Assembly (NCBI GenBank): GCA_964016885.1
Contig: OZ024740.1
Coordinates: 291,152,001 to 291,216,000 of the forward strand
DNA: 64,000 bases
Direction: 5' to 3'
Source: Eledone cirrhosa
Lineage: Eukaryota
Under the pieces are notes generated by a model. The model was not told the DNA's origin. It ran no database searches and was given only the letters and a program-made list of their open reading frames with translations. Within the stretch, counting starts at the first letter, position 1. Each line of letters opens with the position of its first letter. Shown piece after piece: positions 13,977-26,695 of this stretch. Both the position numbers and the translations under genes were made by a program.

Positions 13977-14559
13977 TGTGGGGCTTACTTTACAACTGTC
14001 TAATCCAGTAACCTTTTTTTAATGCCTTAATCAAGAGGAAGGATGGGTGTGATGATGACCCTTTCCTGGGCCTTGAAACTGAAGGGAAGAAAGGAAAAAG
14101 TAAACCAGGCAGCAGATTAAGTTTACCTTACTCAGCCTTTCTTTGTATCATTAACTCTACACTAAATGCTTCATCCAAATCCTTATCCCCAGAGTTACAG
14201 CCCTCTAGAACTCTTCTCTGCATCAACCAGCTGAAGTTAAAGTCAGGCATCAATTGCCTGACACATCCTTATCATTTTCAAGTTGAACCCATTCTAGTGT
14301 AGAAAATAGACGTTAAACATTGATGATGATGAATTTAAGGAAGTTCATTTCTTTGCTGTCTGAAGTAGATCAAAGACAAAGGATGAAAGATGAAACTTGG
14401 AGCATGAAACGTGTTAGATGGGTTTAAATAGCCATGGAAATGTTATTATTGAGACGAAGGAATGTCATGGAGGGTTTTATTTAATTACTTATTTAATTAC
14501 TGTTTTATTTTGGCTGTTGATATGTTTTTTTTTCTTTATAAGTTAGTGAAAGGAGAAGT

Positions 14560-16530
14560 AATAATAATAATAATAATGAAATTATTGTGTAAAGTGCTCA
14601 GGTGCACTACAACTCGTCAAAGGTGTATGTATAGTACATAGAATAATACACAAATGTCAGGGAAGTGAATAGTGTATGAGTCATGGTATACATGTGTGTA
14701 TGTGTATGGAGGGGGAACATTAGCTGTAGTGTTGGCAGATCTCGGGAAGCATGGAGGCCTTAAAGGATGCAGTGTCTCGACAGCTAACAACTGATGCAGG
14801 TAGTTTGTTCCATGCTTCAGCAACTCTGAGCGTGAAAAAATGTTTCCGAAAGTCATGGGAACTGTGCTGTTTTCTGACTTTGTGGGCATGTCCACGTGTG
14901 TTAGACACACGGGAATCAAAAAGGTACTCAGGGTTGTTGTTGGCAAGATGGTTAACAATTTTGTGAGTGTTGACCAAGTCAGTTGCCAGGCGTCGGAGCT
15001 TCAATGTATCCATGTCCAGGGAAGCAAGGCGCTCAGAGTATGGTAGATGCCTGATGGCGGGTATTCGCTTGGTTGCACGTCTCTGAACAGTTTCCAGGTG
15101 GTCAATTTTCTGAGCAAGATAGGGGTTCCAGACTGGTGATGCAAATTCTAAGTGTGGCCGCACCATAGCCATGTACAGCCTTAAATAGATATCTGGAGAG
15201 CGGCTGACAAAGGTCTTGCTGAGTAATGCTAAGACACCCTTGGCCCTCTTGACAATTTTAGAGACATGCTTCGTCCAACGCAAATCGCTGCTGACCGTAA
15301 TGACCAGGTCACGTTCACAAGAAGACTTCTTGATATTAGTGCTGTGGAGGGAGTATATGGACGCTCGGTTTTTACTCCCAAAATGCATGGTGGTGCACTT
15401 GTCCACAGCTAGCTTGAGTTGCCAGTCTGAGATCCATTGTTGCATTGTGTCCAGGTCAGACTGCAAGCAAGATCTATAGTGTTCAGGATCTGTCCTTTTT
15501 ATCTCAAGGTACAGCTTGATGTCATCTGCGTACTTTAGTACCGTGGCATTCTTTAAGTTAGCATCTATATCATTAATATATGCCACAAACAAAAGGGGGC
15601 CAAGAACAGATCCCTGTGGTACACCAGATGACATCTCATATGGTGAGGAATGCTGTCCCAGAACCGTGACTACCTCTCTTCGACTGAGAATGAAGGACTT
15701 CAGCCAGTTAAAAAGATCATCCTTCACACCCATTGCAGAGAGTTTTGCCATAAGCCTTTTATGTGGCACAGAATTGAAGGCTTTCGCAAAGTCAAGGTAA
15801 ACAACATCCACCCATGAGCCGCCATCAGTGATCCGGGTGATGTCCTCAAGAAACTCTATAAGTTGATCACAGCAGCTGGAGTTGGGGATAAATCCAAATT
15901 GCGAGGGCCGGATAAGACTGAGAGCTCCAGAAGTTCCAAAGTGTTTCTCTGACACAGGATTCCATCAGTTTGGCGATGCAACTAGTAAGACTGACTGGAC
16001 AATAGTTCACAGGTGATGTGTGGTCACCCTTTTTGAACAGAGGAATGACACTGGCAGTTTTCCACTGTTATGGAGTAGCACCGTTGTTCAGACAGAATTG
16101 GAAGAAGCGTGATAACTGGTGTAGAAGGAAATACCCACCAAGTTTAAGAAGCAGGTACATAACACCATCAAGACCAGGAGAGGCATGGTTGCGTTTATTT
16201 TTTAGGTGACGTCGCAACATTGCAGGTGTAAATTCCATGGTTGTAATAGAGTCCGGTGTCATAGGTGGTGGAGATGGTACACTCTGGTCTTCAATAGTGA
16301 AAATGCCTGCATAGCATTCAACAATGAGCTCTGCGCATTCCTCGGGGTCGTCAGTAACCTGGCTTGTGTGGGGATTGCGAAGAGGACCAACTGGAGAGTG
16401 AGGCCTCTGCTTTGAGTGAACATACTTCCAGAACACCTTACTGTCAGGGCTGGTTGCTATGCGCTGCTCAAATTGAAGCACTGCCTTTGTAATGTCCAAG
16501 TAATGTCCATGGCTTTAGATTCTTCCAGAT
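14560..16530 (-). mobile_element. 5'-truncated CR1-clade LINE (frameshifted ORF2 with 3' UTR and (ATT)n tail)
   Basis: RT ORF at 14720-15955 plus an upstream frameshifted piece at 16068-16499 (..KVFWKYV..; ..ASPGLDG..). The 3' UTR ends in GTGCACCTGAGCAC...(ATT)n. Confidence 0.9.
14720..15955 (-). pseudogene. Reverse transcriptase domain and C-terminus of CR1-like LINE ORF2 (411-aa open segment)
   Basis: Motifs QFGF, DVVYLDFAKAFNSVPH, SGVPQGSVLGPLLF, YADD, RPHLEFASPVWNP, TRGH, FFTLRV..WNKLP. Confidence 0.92.
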
Positions 16531-18257
16531 TGGTGAGATTGATGCAGCTGATATTCAGGTCAGTGTCTGGAAGAAAAGCAGCTGTTTGTGGGATAATGTA
16601 TTGTAAAAAGTGTTAATGGTTATCAGAGACTGTAATGTCTAACATGTATAGTAACTAGAATTAGACATTGTCTTTGTTGTAATACCTAACATGTATAGTA
16701 ACTAGAATTGGATATTACCTTTGATGTTACAATATTTTCCTCAGGGAAATCTGGTTGCTTGATATATGATTTACTGAGGTGATAATGTTTCAATTGCTAT
16801 TTAAAGTCCACAGCATGTGGTAGAAGTTATGGCTTTAACTTTTCCTATCCATTCCTGTTTTTAATTACTTAATGTAATGAATCCTAGACTAGTGAGATCA
16901 GTACAATTGATATTTAACTTGAATGTTTTTAATTTGGTTCTTGGTTGGGATAACATGGGGCAGGCAGAAGTTCCAGGTAGTTGCAAGCATTAGAGAGTGT
17001 TTAATATAGAGATTGAAGTAAACATTTTTTTAAATATTGAAATAGAAATAGAAACTTTGCTGTAATATTTTTGACTATATTATTGTCTAATAATGGAGTG
17101 TATAAACCCACTGAATGGGAAAAGATGTTTTTTATCAGTTAGTTAGGAAGAAGAGCATTGTCCATGACTCTTTTCAGGGCCCCAAAAACTGGTAGGAGGG
17201 AGGTATGTTCTAACTGAAAACCTGGCCCAAAAAGCTTGCAACAAAGTGGACTTTCTTAAAAAAAAAAACCCAAAGGCCAGGTGGTGGTGTAAAAATGGGT
17301 GATAGATTAAGCCCCCCCCCCCCCCCCCACACACACACACATGCACACACCAAGTAGTTCATGACAGAATTTGAATGGAAAGTGTGAAGAGCCAGAACTG
17401 ATTCCACCAGTCCACTGTCTATGACTGGCAGTTTATTTATTAACCTCAGAAGGATAAAAGTTAAAATTGAATGTGGCGAGATTTGAACTCAGAATAAATA
17501 CCACAAAGTATTTAGTCCAATGTTGTAACACTTCTGCCAATTTGCAGCCTGGAGGGAGAGAGAGAGGGATACATTAGGTAGGCTTTGACAGAAGTGGTAC
17601 ACAGCTTGCTAGTTCAGTAAAGCAGGAAGTAATGTAACAGTAGAAGAGAGAGGTAGACATCATCATAACAGATCAGTAAGTTAGTAGTTGAGGTGTGTTA
17701 TTAACTCTTAACATGTAAGGATTTAGCAGAAAATATATAAAAATGAGGTTGTTAATTCAAATGTTTATAGTATCTTTACTGGTAGACAGATCATTGTGAA
17801 AATAATGCAGTAAACTAAAATAAGGAGTAGAGTGTTTAATGTGATGCAATTATAGGGCTGTTTTATAGTTTTCAAGAATGTCTTGATAATGCAGTTTTGT
17901 GCTGTGCAGAACGTTAAGTGTGATGTGGAAGTTTGGTAATCAACTGGATAGTTTTTCTTTTTGGTGGGTAGGTCAGTCATGGATGTGTGTCAGGCAGCAG
18001 GGGGAGAGGACAGCCAAGAACGTAGTGAATAAATGATATTTGCGCTTGGACTGACAAGAGTCTGGTAGGTGATTAGAATGGCAGAGGACATATATATATA
18101 TATATAGTAATAATAATAAATTTGAAGACTAAAATCCAAAGAAGGCTCGATAAGGATAAATAAATATCAAATATGTGTTTCAGAAGATCCCGTTAAGGAT
18201 GAAAGCAGTGATTCTTTGCTTAAACTTTAATCTGTTATTTTAATAAATATATATATT

Positions 18258-18317
<60 letters not shown>

Positions 18318-18323
<6 letters not shown>

Positions 18324-18451
18324 ATGTAAGCTATCGCCGTATTTTGACTAAAGAAAATTATATTTTCTTTAATTTCTTTAGTCAAAATACGGCGATAGCT
18401 TACATTTATAATTTCAAACTCGGTCGCTGTTTCGAAAATATTCTTACTTGA
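18318..18451. repeat. Fold-back insert in a (TA)n tract (about 38-bp arms); probable Penelope-like terminus
   Basis: TATAAATGTAAGCTATCGCCGTATTTTGACTAAAGAAA ... TTTCTTTAGTCAAAATACGGCGATAGCTTACATTTATA, flanked by TA repeats. Confidence 0.8.
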
Positions 18452-18524
18452 TATATATATATATATATATATAGAATAAGGAAAAGCGAAGTAGTTTCAG
18501 ATGTTCAAGTCCTTTAATAATAAT

Positions 18525-18598
18525 GCTGTGATATATATTTCAGTGACGACACTGGCCACACTGTTCTGTGTGCGAGTGTCGTGTCATCATCAGACAGC
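18525..18598 (-). ncRNA. Minimal type-I hammerhead ribozyme (Penelope-like), intact core
   Basis: Minus strand: GCTGT-CTGATGA-[TGACACGACACT...AGTGTCGTCA]-CT-GAAA-TATATA-TC^ACAGC. Stem I is GCTGT/ACAGC, stem III is palindromic, and the cleavage triplet is AUC. Confidence 0.8.
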
Positions 18599-18816
18599 TT
18601 GTTACATAATAAGGTTATGTTTCCGAGGCAATCCAAATTGGATCGACAAAGGAACGGATGAATTGCGTGTTTTTGGGTTTTTCATCCGCTCCCTTGTGAG
18701 TACCAATTCACCCCCACCGGCCTGCGCAAGCGCATGTCCGAAGGAAGTTGACCATTCGCCACCGCAGACTTCAAATAAATTTGCTTAGTCAGTTCACCCT
18801 GTCATCCAAACTAATG

Positions 18817-18870
<54 letters not shown>

Positions 18871-18879
18871 CATTAGTTA

Positions 18880-18980
18880 ACCATATGATATAGAAGACAC
18901 TAACCCAGAGTGCCACACAGTGGAACTAAACCCCAAACCACATGGTTGTGAAATGAGTTCCTTAATCACACAGCCATACC
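18880..18980 (-). mobile_element. tRNA-derived SINE head, second family (related copies at about 21805-21960, 30135-30300 and 52370-52525)
   Basis: AGAAGACAC..CCAGAGTGCCACACAGTGGAACTAAACCC..ACCACATGGTTG is shared with the other copies; the reverse strand has a B-box-like GGTTCA/TAGTTCC. Confidence 0.6.
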
Positions 18981-19129
18981 TAATACTAATTGCTTAGTAT
19001 CAAATTAGTTTGTGAACATAAGTAAGAAATGTATTTGGGATATAATTTTAGTCCAGTTATTGATGTGTGTTGATCACAAGAGGCTATCAGAGATAGTGTT
19101 GATTGGTATTTGTAATGTTTGTGGATGTT

Positions 19130-19460
19130 TTGTTGTTGATGTTGAGCCAGGTCAACCCTAGTTGAGCTAACCTATGTTTAGAGGTGTTCCAACCAAGTTC
19201 TTCCCATCTTTTTAGTAATGCATAGTCATCACAATAATGATGATGATAATCTTCATTTTATTTCTGTTTTCCCTGCTATCTAGGGCTGGACAGGTCATCA
19301 CAGACATAGTCAGTACTTAATCAGAGCCACTGATATCTCAGAACCACTGGAGGCCCACTTCTTGCTTACATGTTTTAACCTTTTCTAAAATGGTAGTGTG
19401 TGATTTTGAGGGAAATTCAATAGCTATTTCTAGCAGGTCATGTGATCATGTAAAGCTTCC
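19130..19460. repeat. Unclassified dispersed repeat (related copies at about 20500-20660, 28885-29070, 30915-31110 and 47950-48330)
   Basis: Shared blocks GCTATTTCTAGCAGGTCA and CCTATG(A/T)TCAAAGA..TTCC..CCAT, with a (GTT)n end. Confidence 0.6.
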
Positions 19461-19499
19461 CTTTCTCACTCCTTTTACTTGTATTATTCATAAATAAAG

Positions 19500-20200
19500 A
19501 AGTTTATATGGAGTAGAATTGGAATAAAAGCAGGTAACAAATATATTGACCTTATCTACAGCTGTGTTGCATTACAGAATAGTCTTGGTGAAGAGTTGTG
19601 TATAATAGGATTCTTGAAAAGTAATGACATCCTCTTGGCAAAAGACCAGAAGGTTTCACTGCCATTTGAAAGGTGAGAGATGGTGCACGCCAAGCCATGT
19701 AATGTATAAAGCTCTCTTGTTTTCTTGGTGGTTATTTGTTATAGTGGTGGGTGACTATCTTTCAGTTAGTGACAGAGGGTATTTTCTGTGGCTATTGTAG
19801 ATGTAGTTACCCCCACAGCAGCAGTGAAACTGTGAGGATCAAAGGTTTGGGGTTGTGTGAGAAATATATTGAAACATATTTAGGAGGATGGCTTTGGTGT
19901 TAGTATTTAAAGTACATTTGCTGCCAAGAGTAGTTAACATAGAATTGGCAGGCTTTCAACCAATTAGTTGATTAATATATCAGAGATTTTGGTAGATGGG
20001 TTTATTGTACTATATGATGATACAAAGTAGGTTACTTTGATTAGGTAGTGATCAGACAATCCGATGGAAGCAGAGATAGTGATGGCAAGGTATAGGTTGA
20101 CTTGATCGGTAAGAAAGAGGTGGAGTTTGTTAGGTGAGTTTGTGTAAGCAACACACCTTAAGATAAAACCAGCATATTTTGTTGTCTGCTTTTCTTCTAA
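19500..20200 (-). pseudogene. Highly decayed LINE apurinic-endonuclease region
   Basis: Minus translation ..LHLFLTD...ISASIGLSDHYLI matches the LDL..SDH C-terminal motif of APE domains. Confidence 0.5.
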
Positions 20201-22054
20201 TTCCACTTTGTAAAGACACACAACAAAACCATTCCTCTCAACCTGCCTACTCCACCTCATTTGTATCTCTGCTTAAAGGGGACACTTTGGGGGACTTTTC
20301 AGTCCAACAAAAACTGATCTTGGTGATTGTTTCTATCACCCTAAAAATATGAATAGAGAGACTAACTTGAGCAGTGATTCAAACTCTCCGAGCAGAGTCT
20401 GTGTGGAGGAGTGTGAGAGCTAGGAGGAGTTGGGTGGATTGTATTGTTTGTAACTGGAAGACTTTGCTACCAACATTCAGGTCAGAGGCAGGTGGGACAA
20501 CACATCATGTGACCTGCTAGAAATAGCAGCTAAGATCTTTCTTGGATCACATCTTACAGCCTTTAAAAAATAAGGGCACATTAGATAATGTCTGAGGTTT
20601 GATATTCATGAAAATAGGATGCAATTGTCATTGGTTGTAATGCTTTTGATCATTTGTCTGTAATTTAGTTAAGGCAATATAACTTCCTTTCTTAATTCCT
20701 TGAACATAACTGCAAAGTGGAGCTGGAATTCACAATGGAATGGACCTCAATAATGGAAACATCAAATTTGTCCATTTCCTTTGTGTCCATAGCTTGTATT
20801 GCATTAGCAAATAACAAATCTATTACCAAAGATACTGTCTGATGAAGTCACATTGGTGGTTGTATGATCACAGCATCATGTAATCATGAACACCACAGAA
20901 ATATGTATCACAGCTGATTATGAATAAATAAGTTATGAATACCTCTACATCTGACCTTTGCAATTATCATTATTGTATCATCCTTACGGGGTCGATAAAA
21001 TAAAGTACCAGTAATGCACTGGTAATTGCTGGCCTTGTGCCTAAAGTAGAAACAATTATTGTATATATGTATGTGTGTATATTTGTATATACACATATAT
21101 ACATTATATATGTACACACACACACACATTATATATATATATATATATATACATACTTCTATAATAGCCATAAAATATGATTGGCTGTATAGTAAAAACA
21201 TTTAATAATTTCATTACATTCTGTGAAGATCCTTGAATCTCTAGAGTTTCTTTGACCTTTATCATTTTTCATCTGCTACAATCATATCCTCCTCCTCTTC
21301 CCCCAACCCTGTGGCCAGTCTATGTGTAGCTTTGTTGTTGTTTGAAGTTAGATAAATAAATACATTGCTTGTTCTCATCATCTAACTTTTTTGTTTTGGG
21401 AAATAGACATAGAACAATTTCCATGACCATACACTGGCTTGCTTATCATCATCTACATCATCATCATCATCATCTTAATGCCTGCTTTCCCTGTTAGCTA
21501 GGGTTAGACAAGTCCATATAGACCAAGTCAGTACTGAAATGGAGTCACTGATCACCCAGGCAGGCCAGAGACCTGTGCATTTATGTATGGTCTCATATAT
21601 ATATAAAATGGTTTACATTAGGAAGAGCATTCAGTTGTAGAAATCATGCCAGTATTAAATGTACAATTGTGATGCAGTCCTCTGGCCTGTCTTGAAGGGT
21701 AGTACTACTTAGTAACTTTGAATAAGAACTGGCTCAAATGTTACCAACCAATGTAACTTATGCCAGCATAGAAATCTGGCACAAAAACAATGGAAGTATG
21801 TATAATGGGCTTCTTTACAGTTTCATCTACCAAATTCCCTCTGAAAGCATTGGTTGATATGAAACTATAATAGAAGGCATTGACCAAGGTATTGGTTACG
21901 CAGTGGGATAGAACCTGAAACCATGTGGTTACAAAGTCAACTTCTGCTCCAAATAGCTATCCCTATGTCTAGCTAATGGAACAATTCCACCCCTAAACTA
22001 AAGTGGTTTACAACTTTTCTGCCCTTTTATTTGTTGTTGTTATTTGTATACTAG

Positions 22055-22390
22055 ATGGGGAATTGTCAGAGTCGTTAGAACACTGTATAGAATGTTTTAT
22101 GGTATTCATTCCGGGTCTCTGCTCTCTGAGTTCAAATCCCGCCCAGGTCAACTTTGCCTTTCATCCTTTCGAGGTTGATAAAAAAGTACCAGTCTAGTAC
22201 TGGGGTGAATTCTTCCTCTATATTCTTTCTCATTTCCTCTCTCTCACTTTCTATCTTTCTCTGGGAGAAATCTGCTGAACTCAGGCCTGGAGAGGGATGG
22301 GCTCCGCCAGGCTTTGAAATACCCAAGAAATGCTGGATGTCAATATGGTGCCCCTATGACTCTATCAGGAGTTATAGGGCCATACATACA
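22055..22390 (+). mobile_element. Long-type tRNA-derived SINE (Deu/Nin-like core, CT-rich linker, structured tail)
   Basis: B-box GAGTTCAAATCCC, core GCCTTTCATCCTTTCGAGGTTGATAAAA, tail CCTGGAGAGGGATGGGCTCCGCCAGG...GGAGTTATAGGGCCATACATACA. Confidence 0.85.
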
Positions 22391-22662
22391 TTTGTATACT
22401 AAAACCTGCTTTACCTTTCAATTAGGTTTACTTGGAAAGGAGACTGTCCTCAATTAGATGTTCAAAATGAAAGTTATTTTAAGAAGTTTCTGGCTCTACT
22501 TTGAACATATTTGTATGTTAGAATTAACAGTTTATATAACTGGTATTGACAGCTGATTTGTTAAATTTTTTACTTGATTGCATGTAATTCCCCACTGTCC
22601 CCGTCTGTGTATTGTCCTCTATGTTCGGCCTTGTGGTCAATAATAAAGAAATCATTAATAAT

Positions 22663-23160
22663 ACTAGCACAAAAACCACCCTACGGATGGTTTTCTGTTA
22701 GCATGTGTAGTGTGTATATTGATATTATACACAAATATATATGCATGTAAATATGATACATCAAATAAAATCGTAATTGACAATATACACAGAAATTGAA
22801 CAAAGCCTATGTTACACTGTCTTCTGTAATCAGTAATCCATGATATATTTAAAAAAAGATGACATTATATATAAACTGCATTAGGAGAAAATTAGTGACG
22901 GAAATATATGCGATTATAAGTGTTATAATATAACGGCCGCTAACAGGAAGTGTTGACATTTGAAAATTTTAAAGAATTGAATTTTAAAGGTCTTTAAATA
23001 AGCTATAAAATATATTTAATCAACAGCCACGGAATTTAGCATAAATTATGTAATATTCATTCATTATTTTTTCAAAGTAATCCAACTTATTTTACAAACG
23101 GGGTAAAAAAATATATTCTGGACACAATCCTTTATTATAGTTACCTTCCTTTATTATAGT
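22663..23160 (+). mobile_element. Non-autonomous Helitron/Helentron-like element
   Basis: Starts ACTAG followed by the hairpin AAAACCACCCTACGGATGGTTTT and ends TTTATTATAG, in AT-rich flanks. Confidence 0.5.
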
Positions 23161-23164
23161 TAAT

Positions 23165-23351
23165 GATTGGTTTGGCAGTATCGGTAGAGCTTCAGACACC
23201 ATGCTTTGCAGCATAGAAGTTATGTCCCTTTACATTCTGAGTTCAAATCCCGCCGAGGTTAACTTTGCCTTTCATCCCTATGTGGGTCGATAAGATAAAG
23301 TACCAGTAATGCACTGAGGTAATTGTTGGCCTTGTGCCAAAAGTAGAAACA

Positions 23352-23384
<33 letters not shown>

Positions 23385-23997
23385 GTTGGATTGACAAGGG
23401 CGGTGGATTGACAGTATCAGTAGAGCATTAGACACCATGCTTTGCAGCATAGAGTCAGGGCCCTTTACGTTCTGAGTTCAATTCCCGCCAAGGTTAGCTT
23501 TGCCTTTCATCCTTACAGGATCAATAAAATAAAGTACCAGTAATGTACTGGAGTCAATTTAATCAACCTTCCCCTCAGCCCAAAATTGCTGGCCTTGTGC
23601 CTATAGTAGAAATCATTATTATTTTGCTGACATTTCCTTATCTGTCATTATTTCATTTTTCTACTGACCAGTTCCACTTTTAAAGAATTGTCAACAAAAT
23701 ACCTTACATATTTTGAAAATTCCTATTATCAAATTTTTTAGTATTTATTAACATCATCATCATCAATATCATCATCGTCATCATTATCATCATCATCGTC
23801 ATCATTATCATGGTGGATTGGCAGTATCGGTAGAGAGTCGGACACCATGCTTTGAAGCATAGAGTTACGTCCCTTTATGATCTGAGTTCAAATCCCACCG
23901 AGGTTAACTTTGCCTTTCATCCTTACGGGGTCGATAAAATAAAGTACCAGTAATGTACTGATAATTGCTGGCCTTGTACCTAAAATAGAAACAATTA
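23165..23997 (+). mobile_element. Three short-type SINE copies (about 23165-23350, 23398-23620, 23812-23997) separated by (TTA)n and (ATC)n
   Basis: Each copy has the B-box, the GCCTTTCATCC core and the TAGAAA(C/T)(A/C)ATT tail. Confidence 0.9.
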
Positions 23998-24064
23998 ACA
24001 TCATCAATGATGATGATGTTTATGTTTTCAAGTTTCATGCAGGTTTCTGCTACACTACCAAGTT

Positions 24065-24430
24065 GTATAGTCTTTTTTTGTGGTACTGTTATTGGTGGTG
24101 GTGGTGGTGGTGGTGGTATTGATGGAGGTAGTAGTTAGAGTGGTGGTGGTGGTGGTCATGGTTATAGTAGTGGGGGTATTGGTGGTGGTTGTGGTTATAG
24201 TGGGGGTGGTATTGGTTATAGTGGTTGTTATAGTTGTGGGGGTGGTATTGGTTATAGTGGTTGTTATAGTTGTGGTGGTCATGGTTATAGTGGTGATATT
24301 GGTGGTCGTGGTTATAGTGGTGTTGGTGGTAGTGGTGATATTGGTGGTGGTACTAGTGATAGTGGTGGTATTGGTAGAGGTGTTGTTGTTGTTGGTGGTG
24401 GTTGTTATAATGGAGGTGTAGGTGGAGATG
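24065..24430. repeat. Degenerate (GTG/GTT/GTA)n trinucleotide low-complexity tract
   Basis: Directly visible; gives spurious poly-Val and poly-Thr ORFs. Confidence 0.9.
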
Positions 24431-24572
24431 ATACGGGGGGGCGGGATGAGGTTGTATGTACAGCCATCTGTTAGTATATTGCATCTGTTTTATCTTTGCT
24501 GTTTGTTTTATTGTTGTTGTTTCTGATATTACTGTAGTGTTTCTTCAAATGTTATGGTTTTAGTGTTGTTGT

Positions 24573-24768
24573 AATCATCATCATCATTTTTATGTCTGTT
24601 TTTTCCACACTTGCATGGGTTGGACAGATCCTTCTCAACACAACATCTCTCCAATCGCCACGTTTCTTCATCATCTCCTCTGTGAGTCTCAGTGATTTGA
24701 GGTCAGCTCTCATCATCTCTGCCCAGGTCTTTCTCAGTCTACCTCTACTGTGGCTTCCTTCCACAAAT
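24573..24768 (-). mobile_element. RTE LINE 3' fragment with (GAT)n tail
   Basis: Translation EGSHSRGRLRKTWAEMMRADLKSLRLT; homologous to the 3' end of the copy at 52607-53700. Confidence 0.85.
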
Positions 24769-25243
24769 GTTTGTAATATTTAAAAATATTTCCTAATTTT
24801 ACCGACATAATGTGTGTACTGCTACATAAGCTACAAACTATTGAAACTACTAAATTATTATTGTGTGTTGAATGAAGATGCTATTTACAATACATACACA
24901 GTAAATGTTGTCTTTATATACACAGTAAATAGGGTATTATGTTGCAGTAAATGAATAAATAACTGATTATTAAACACTGTAACGAGATACATAATGAGAT
25001 AAATAACAGATTATTAAGCATTCTAACAAAATAGATTAGATTTTTGTAATATTTCAATCTGTAGTGCGAAGTGAAAAGAATAAAAAAAAGATGTATATAT
25101 ATATATATTAGAAAGTGAGGTTTTTTTACAAAATGAAAAATAACCGAGGTGTCCTACACGAGTGAAAGTATAAAGAAAAAAAGATGAAATCGAAAATGCA
25201 ACTGGAGTCTTATTTAAAAATATATATATATATTTATTTGGTT

Positions 25244-25281
25244 CCTTTACCGGTTTCGCAGTTCTTCTGCTTTTCAAAAGT
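25244..25281 (-). ncRNA. Degenerate minimal hammerhead motif
   Basis: Minus strand: CTT-TTGAAAA-GCAG AAGAA CTGC-GAAA-CCGG-TA^AAG. The first core box is mutated; stem III is the palindrome CCGG; the insert is TA-flanked. Confidence 0.5.
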
Positions 25282-26179
25282 AGAGTTGAGATGGAGGGTC
25301 TGTGGTTTTTCTCACATCTATATATATATATATAATTCATGAAAGTAAATACAAGCCATATGTGTGATTATCTTGTATTTTGTATTAAAACATACATATA
25401 TTACATTATTTTCTATTCCTTGAAAGTCTTCCATTTTGAATGTTTATCTGTTGTAAAATTTTTGAATTGAAAATTATTAATTCTTTTGTAAAGCTCAGTT
25501 GAGTGTATATTTAATTTTAATTCTAGTTAGTATGAAACAAATTGTTTTCAATGATTTCTGTAACATTCTGACTGTTTTAAGAGTTTTTATTTTGTTTTTG
25601 TTTTGTTTTAATTTTATGTAATTGGACCAAGCTTTAATCCCAGCATCCTGTTGTTGCTTAGTTAGAATGATAAGATAGTTAAAAGTTAAGATAGGATATG
25701 TAATATGAAGTAATAGTTGCCTTCACCTTCTACTATTATTGCAGTGAAAGCAGTAACTATATAAGCATTTAACTTTGAATAAATGCCAAAACTGTCATTG
25801 ATGAATTTAGTCTAAGCTCCTACCTCTGTTTTTTAAATATTTTTTTTTTATAGTTTATTATTATATTTTCTTTTATTTTTTACACTTATTTTTCTTCTGT
25901 ACTGTTAAATTTTGTAAAAGATAAGTAATTATAAATAAATGGTATAACAGATTCAACACTGAATGGTTTTTATGTAGCAGCTACCTTAGACTAACACAAA
26001 ATACGATCCATACTTAAATATGAAAACATTTTCAATTTTCTTTTGAGAACATGAATATTTTACCACGTCTGTATTTTTTTCCAGTTAAGCTGTTTAAATA
26101 ATTTAATCTCGAAATTAGTTTTATTAGCTGCTTGTATTTTCAAAATGGGGTTCCTCCAGAGGGTCTTTGGAATGATATT

Positions 26180-26495
26180 ACTTGATAGTGTGTGTAACTC
26201 AGAGATCAGGGAGTCACTTCAGGTAGAGCTGCTACTTCTTTGAATTGAGAGATCACAGCTCTGATACTATGGACATGTGATTAGAATATCTCAGGAAAGA
26301 ATCATTGGACAGACTTTATGGGCAAAACCATCTGGCAGGAGACCCAGGGGTAGACCCTGAGCAAAGATGGTTGGATAACATCCATGAGCTTGGCTGGTCT
26401 TGCTTGGGTATCCAGCTGGATCAGTTGGAACGGTTGTTTAGAACATGACCCACTCAGGAATAAGTGGGCAAAGAAGAAGAAGGAGGAGGAGGAGA
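26180..26495 (+). mobile_element. RTE LINE 3' fragment, second family, (GAA/GGA)n tail
   Basis: Decayed translation ..LLL*IERSQL*YYGHVIRISQER...KPSGRRPRGRP. Confidence 0.7.
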
Positions 26496-26695
26496 AGTTA
26501 GTTTAATATCTTAAGCATGTAACTGGATGAAACTCAAATAACATTATTTGATATGTATATATGTATATATATATATATATAAACTTACATGTATGCAAAA
26601 GGCAAACAGAAATAACAAAGCAAATGACACAGTACAATGAAGAAATATATTATTAGTTTTATGCTTGATATAGTAGGAAAAGAGTCTTCACATAT

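Noticed and set aside
18175-18215. CAGAAGA-TCC..GGAT-GAAA hammerhead-like string in a TA-flanked insert
   Set aside because: The core is mutated and there is no convincing stem I or III; possibly a relic but unsupported.
20835-20873. CTGT-CTGATGA-stem-...TC-ACAG hammerhead-like string
   Set aside because: The GAAA box and stem III are absent and it is not TA-flanked; it cannot be distinguished from chance.
24055-24421. Mucin-like poly-Thr and poly-Val ORFs
   Set aside because: Trinucleotide low-complexity DNA with no splice or homology support.
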